This document shows, piece after piece, positions 37,135 to 39,498 of a DNA stretch of 39,498 nt; within the stretch, counting starts at the first letter, position 1; each line of letters begins with the position of its first letter. The notes beneath the pieces were generated by a model, which worked only from the letters and a program-made list of their open reading frames with translations, ran no database searches and was not told the origin of the DNA. The position numbers were made by a program, and so were the translations under genes. The DNA is from a virus (lineage: Duplodnaviria > Caudoviricetes): positions 1 to 39,498 of IMG/VR virus record IMGVR_UViG_3300033067_001759, one strand, 5' to 3'.

Positions 37135-37827
37135 ATGAGAACTAAACTATTTATATTAGGCCTGTTGGGTATATTGGCCATTGGGTGCAGTCGAAAGGTT
37201 GCACCTACTATCTCACTACCAACTGAAAAAAATCCTTGCAACGATAAAATTCAGGCATTGTTAGATAGTATTACTGAAGTAGAACCGGTTTACATTTATG
37301 AAACTGTATATGAAAACGGAATTGAAAAAACTGATACAATTCGGATAACAGACACTTCTAATTGCAATTATTATAAAGTTGCAGCTTTGGATATGGCAAA
37401 AAAATATAATACTGCTATTCAGGAAAGAGATTTTTATAAAACATTGGCACAAACACAGGCTAAAAAAATAATAAACAATACCTACATAAACTCAAAAAAT
37501 AAAAACAGCCAGGTAGGTGATGGCAATCAGGCATCCAAAAGCGGAACCAATCAAAGCGGAACCGGAAACGTAAATCAGGAAGCTAAGAAAGGGCCTGCGC
37601 AAAATGGAAATGATAATGAAGCTGTTTTCAAGCCAAATAAATCCGCTACCGGCGAAGGATCATCTGTTGATAATAGTAAGAAAGGCAGCATCTGGCCGTG
37701 GATTATGGTAGGCGCAGCTTCATGGATTATAATACAGAATTTACTTTGGCCGTTGGCTAAAAATTACATACCATTTGCAAATATTGCATTTAAATCTAAA
37801 AATATAATTAAAAAATTATGGTCATGA
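37135..37827 (+). CDS. Lipoprotein with C-terminal TM helix (u-spanin-like)
   Basis: Lipobox MRTKLFILGLLGILAIG-C; C-terminal IWPWIMVGAASWIIIQNLLWPL; overlaps the endolysin. Confidence 0.6.
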   Translation: MRTKLFILGLLGILAIGCSRKVAPTISLPTEKNPCNDKIQALLDSITEVEPVYIYETVYENGIEKTDTIRITDTSNCNYYKVAALDMAKKYNTAIQERDFYKTLAQTQAKKIINNTYINSKNKNSQVGDGNQASKSGTNQSGTGNVNQEAKKGPAQNGNDNEAVFKPNKSATGEGSSVDNSKKGSIWPWIMVGAASWIIIQNLLWPLAKNYIPFANIAFKSKNIIKKLWS

Positions 37828-38336
37828 TAATAGATAAAATAGTACAAACAGCAAAAAAGTATATTGGCAAAACTGAAAAACCTAATAATTCCGGATTTAA
37901 TGATGCAGATTTTGAAAAACGCATGAAAGAAACCGGTTGGGATAAAGGAATGTCATGGTGTTCTTTTTTTACTGAATTGGTTTGGAAGGAAGCTTACACA
38001 GGTTCATCTGAAACATCTGCTATTGATAAATTGTTTAGTGGATCTGCAACAGCTACATTTAAAAACTTCGATTTAGCCAAACAAAGTGGCTGGAATACTG
38101 GAATGACACCAAAGCCTGGTTCTTTAGCAGTGTGGAGGAATGGAAATAGCTGGCAGGGTCATATTGGAATTGTAATTGAAAATAATGGCATTACCTTTAA
38201 AACAGTGGAAGGCAACACAAACGATAAAGGTGGTCGTGAAGGTTACATTGTAGCTACTAAGAACCGGGTATTAAAATCAGCATATCAAAAAAACGGATTG
38301 AATCTGATTGGATTTATTTATCCTAAAGAAATTTAG
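37818..38336 (+). CDS. CHAP-domain endolysin
   Basis: AKKYIG..E, WCSFF (Cys), PKPG, GHIGIV (His), TVEGNT. Confidence 0.9.
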   Translation: MVMIIDKIVQTAKKYIGKTEKPNNSGFNDADFEKRMKETGWDKGMSWCSFFTELVWKEAYTGSSETSAIDKLFSGSATATFKNFDLAKQSGWNTGMTPKPGSLAVWRNGNSWQGHIGIVIENNGITFKTVEGNTNDKGGREGYIVATKNRVLKSAYQKNGLNLIGFIYPKEI

Positions 38337-38358
38337 TTTTTTTCATACATTATGTCAT

Positions 38359-38384
38359 AAGGCGGATTTTTATCCGCTTTTTTT
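38359..38384 (+). terminator. Rho-independent terminator after the lysis cassette
   Basis: GCGGAT-tttt-ATCCGC followed by TTTTTTT. Confidence 0.75.
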
Positions 38385-38393
38385 ATTTAACGT

Positions 38394-38617
38394 CCGCAAT
38401 AAATACCGCAATAAAGCTTCTTAAAATATTAAAACCGCTATAAAATATAGCGGTTTCAGTTGTTAAAGTAGCCCGTACGGGGCTGTTATACTTTACTTTA
38501 TTTGGTTTTTTATTACCTTTTTTGTGTGTTAAATACGCTTATTGTCTAAATTAGTGCTAATAATTGTTTTAAAAATCGCTTTAGTGAAATTTTAACCGCA
38601 ATAAATAACGCAATAAT
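38394..38617. other. attP-like region: tRNA-3'-end core with flanking arm-type repeats
   Basis: Core 38468-38481 reads CCCGTACGGGCTAC on the minus strand. CCGCAATAAA occurs at 38394, 38406 and 38596, with a variant at 38608. Confidence 0.7.
38432..38456 (-). terminator. Hairpin downstream of the tRNA-like core (terminator candidate)
   Basis: AAACCGCTATA-aaa-TATAGCGGTTT. Confidence 0.55.
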
Positions 38618-38622
38618 TTACT

Positions 38623-39483
38623 ATGAATGTCTTTTTTAAATTAGCCAACAAAAATAAAAAAGGTGAAAAGCTGATTGTATTGGCAATGTACTACAATAAA
38701 GACAGGTTCGTTTTTTCTACCGGTGAAACAATTCTACCGGAACACTGGCATCCGGAAACCATGCGGCCTTCCGCAGACAAAGAACTTCCGCGCCAAATAG
38801 CGGCTGCCAATAAAATTAAGAAAAATATCTTAGATAGATACGAAAATACGTTGCTGGAAATTATAGGTGAATACAAACGTGCCGGTATTGATTATGATAA
38901 TCAAATTCTGAAAAATGAAATGTTGCAGCGCCTGAAACCAGGTAAAGCAGAAAAGAAACCAATTGTAAAACAGAAAGACGGACATCTGACTGATTTCTAC
39001 CAAATAATAGATGCATTCATTCAGGATAGCAAAAGCGGCATCCGTAACACCAGAAAGGGTACCAATATAAAGTTCAGAAGAATACAGAAGTATGAAGCTT
39101 TAAAAACCATGCTGCAGGAATGGCGGCCTGTAATCCATATCAATGATATTGACATGGATTTCTACCAGGAACTGGTGGCACACCGCAATGATAAAAAGAA
39201 AGCCATTAATACCATAGGTATGGATATTAAAGTGCTCAAAAGTATTTTAAAGTATACCTACGGAAAGCTGCACCACAACGATATCTTTAAAAATGATGAT
39301 TTTCGTGCTTTTGAAGAAATTGGTGAACACATTTACCTAAACGATGCGGATCTGGATAAATTATGGAATCTGAAAAATTTAAAGCCTAACCTGGAAAGGA
39401 CCAGAGATGTTTTTTTAATTGGCTTCCATTGTACTTTCCATTCTCGTACATTCTGTACATATTTTCTGAAATACCCAATTTAA
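38623..39483 (+). pseudogene. int: Phage tyrosine integrase truncated before the catalytic motifs
   Basis: Arm-binding N-terminus (RFVFSTGETILPEHW), SAM-like domain, IYLNDADL, RDVFLIG; then unrelated sequence and a stop instead of the expected TGLRxSD. Confidence 0.75.
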
Positions 39484-39498
39484 TGGACATTTCATTTT
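39424..39498 (-). CDS. Fragment of an XRE/CI-type HTH regulator (partial)
   Basis: Minus strand reads NEMSIKLGISENMYRMYENGKYNG, matching the Q.E.A.KLGIS...Y..YE.GK pattern. Confidence 0.55.

Noticed and set aside
38440-38540. Complete tRNA gene
   Set aside because: Only about 14 bp resemble a tRNA 3' end; no cloverleaf can be built.
369-38876. Numerous short antisense or overlapping ORFs in the track (e.g. 4291-4653, 20539-20922, 30861-31274, 34456-35079)
   Set aside because: They are shadows of well-supported genes on the other strand or frame and show no motifs.

Overview
AT-rich segment of a temperate contractile-tailed phage, most likely of a Bacteroidota host (TAnnTTTG promoter boxes, A-rich translation starts, Arm-DNA-binding integrase). 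Gene order: terminase small subunit (5' partial), HNH gene, accessory region, lambda GpA-type terminase large subunit, a reverse-strand glycosyltransferase/methyltransferase operon, Mu-like tail and baseplate, lambda-like portal/protease/decoration/capsid, neck, tail fibre, lysis genes, an attP-like site matching a tRNA 3' end, and a truncated integrase. The main finding is at 1871-6899: a phage-borne integron-like system. Nine TAAC...GTTA hairpin sites each precede one small gene, and the array ends in a lone half-site next to an IntI-like tyrosine recombinase that lacks the IntI-specific insertion. It differs from canonical integrons: the hairpins appear to fold on the coding strand, carry a 3-4 nt bulge beside the core, travel with the downstream gene, and often contain that gene's start codon. 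Other findings: a 35-bp palindromic element linking the glycan, tail and head operons; a T9SS-like secreted protein; a u-spanin-like lipoprotein; and an integrase/repressor junction at the window end. All protein calls are by-eye motif and synteny recognition, not database searches.
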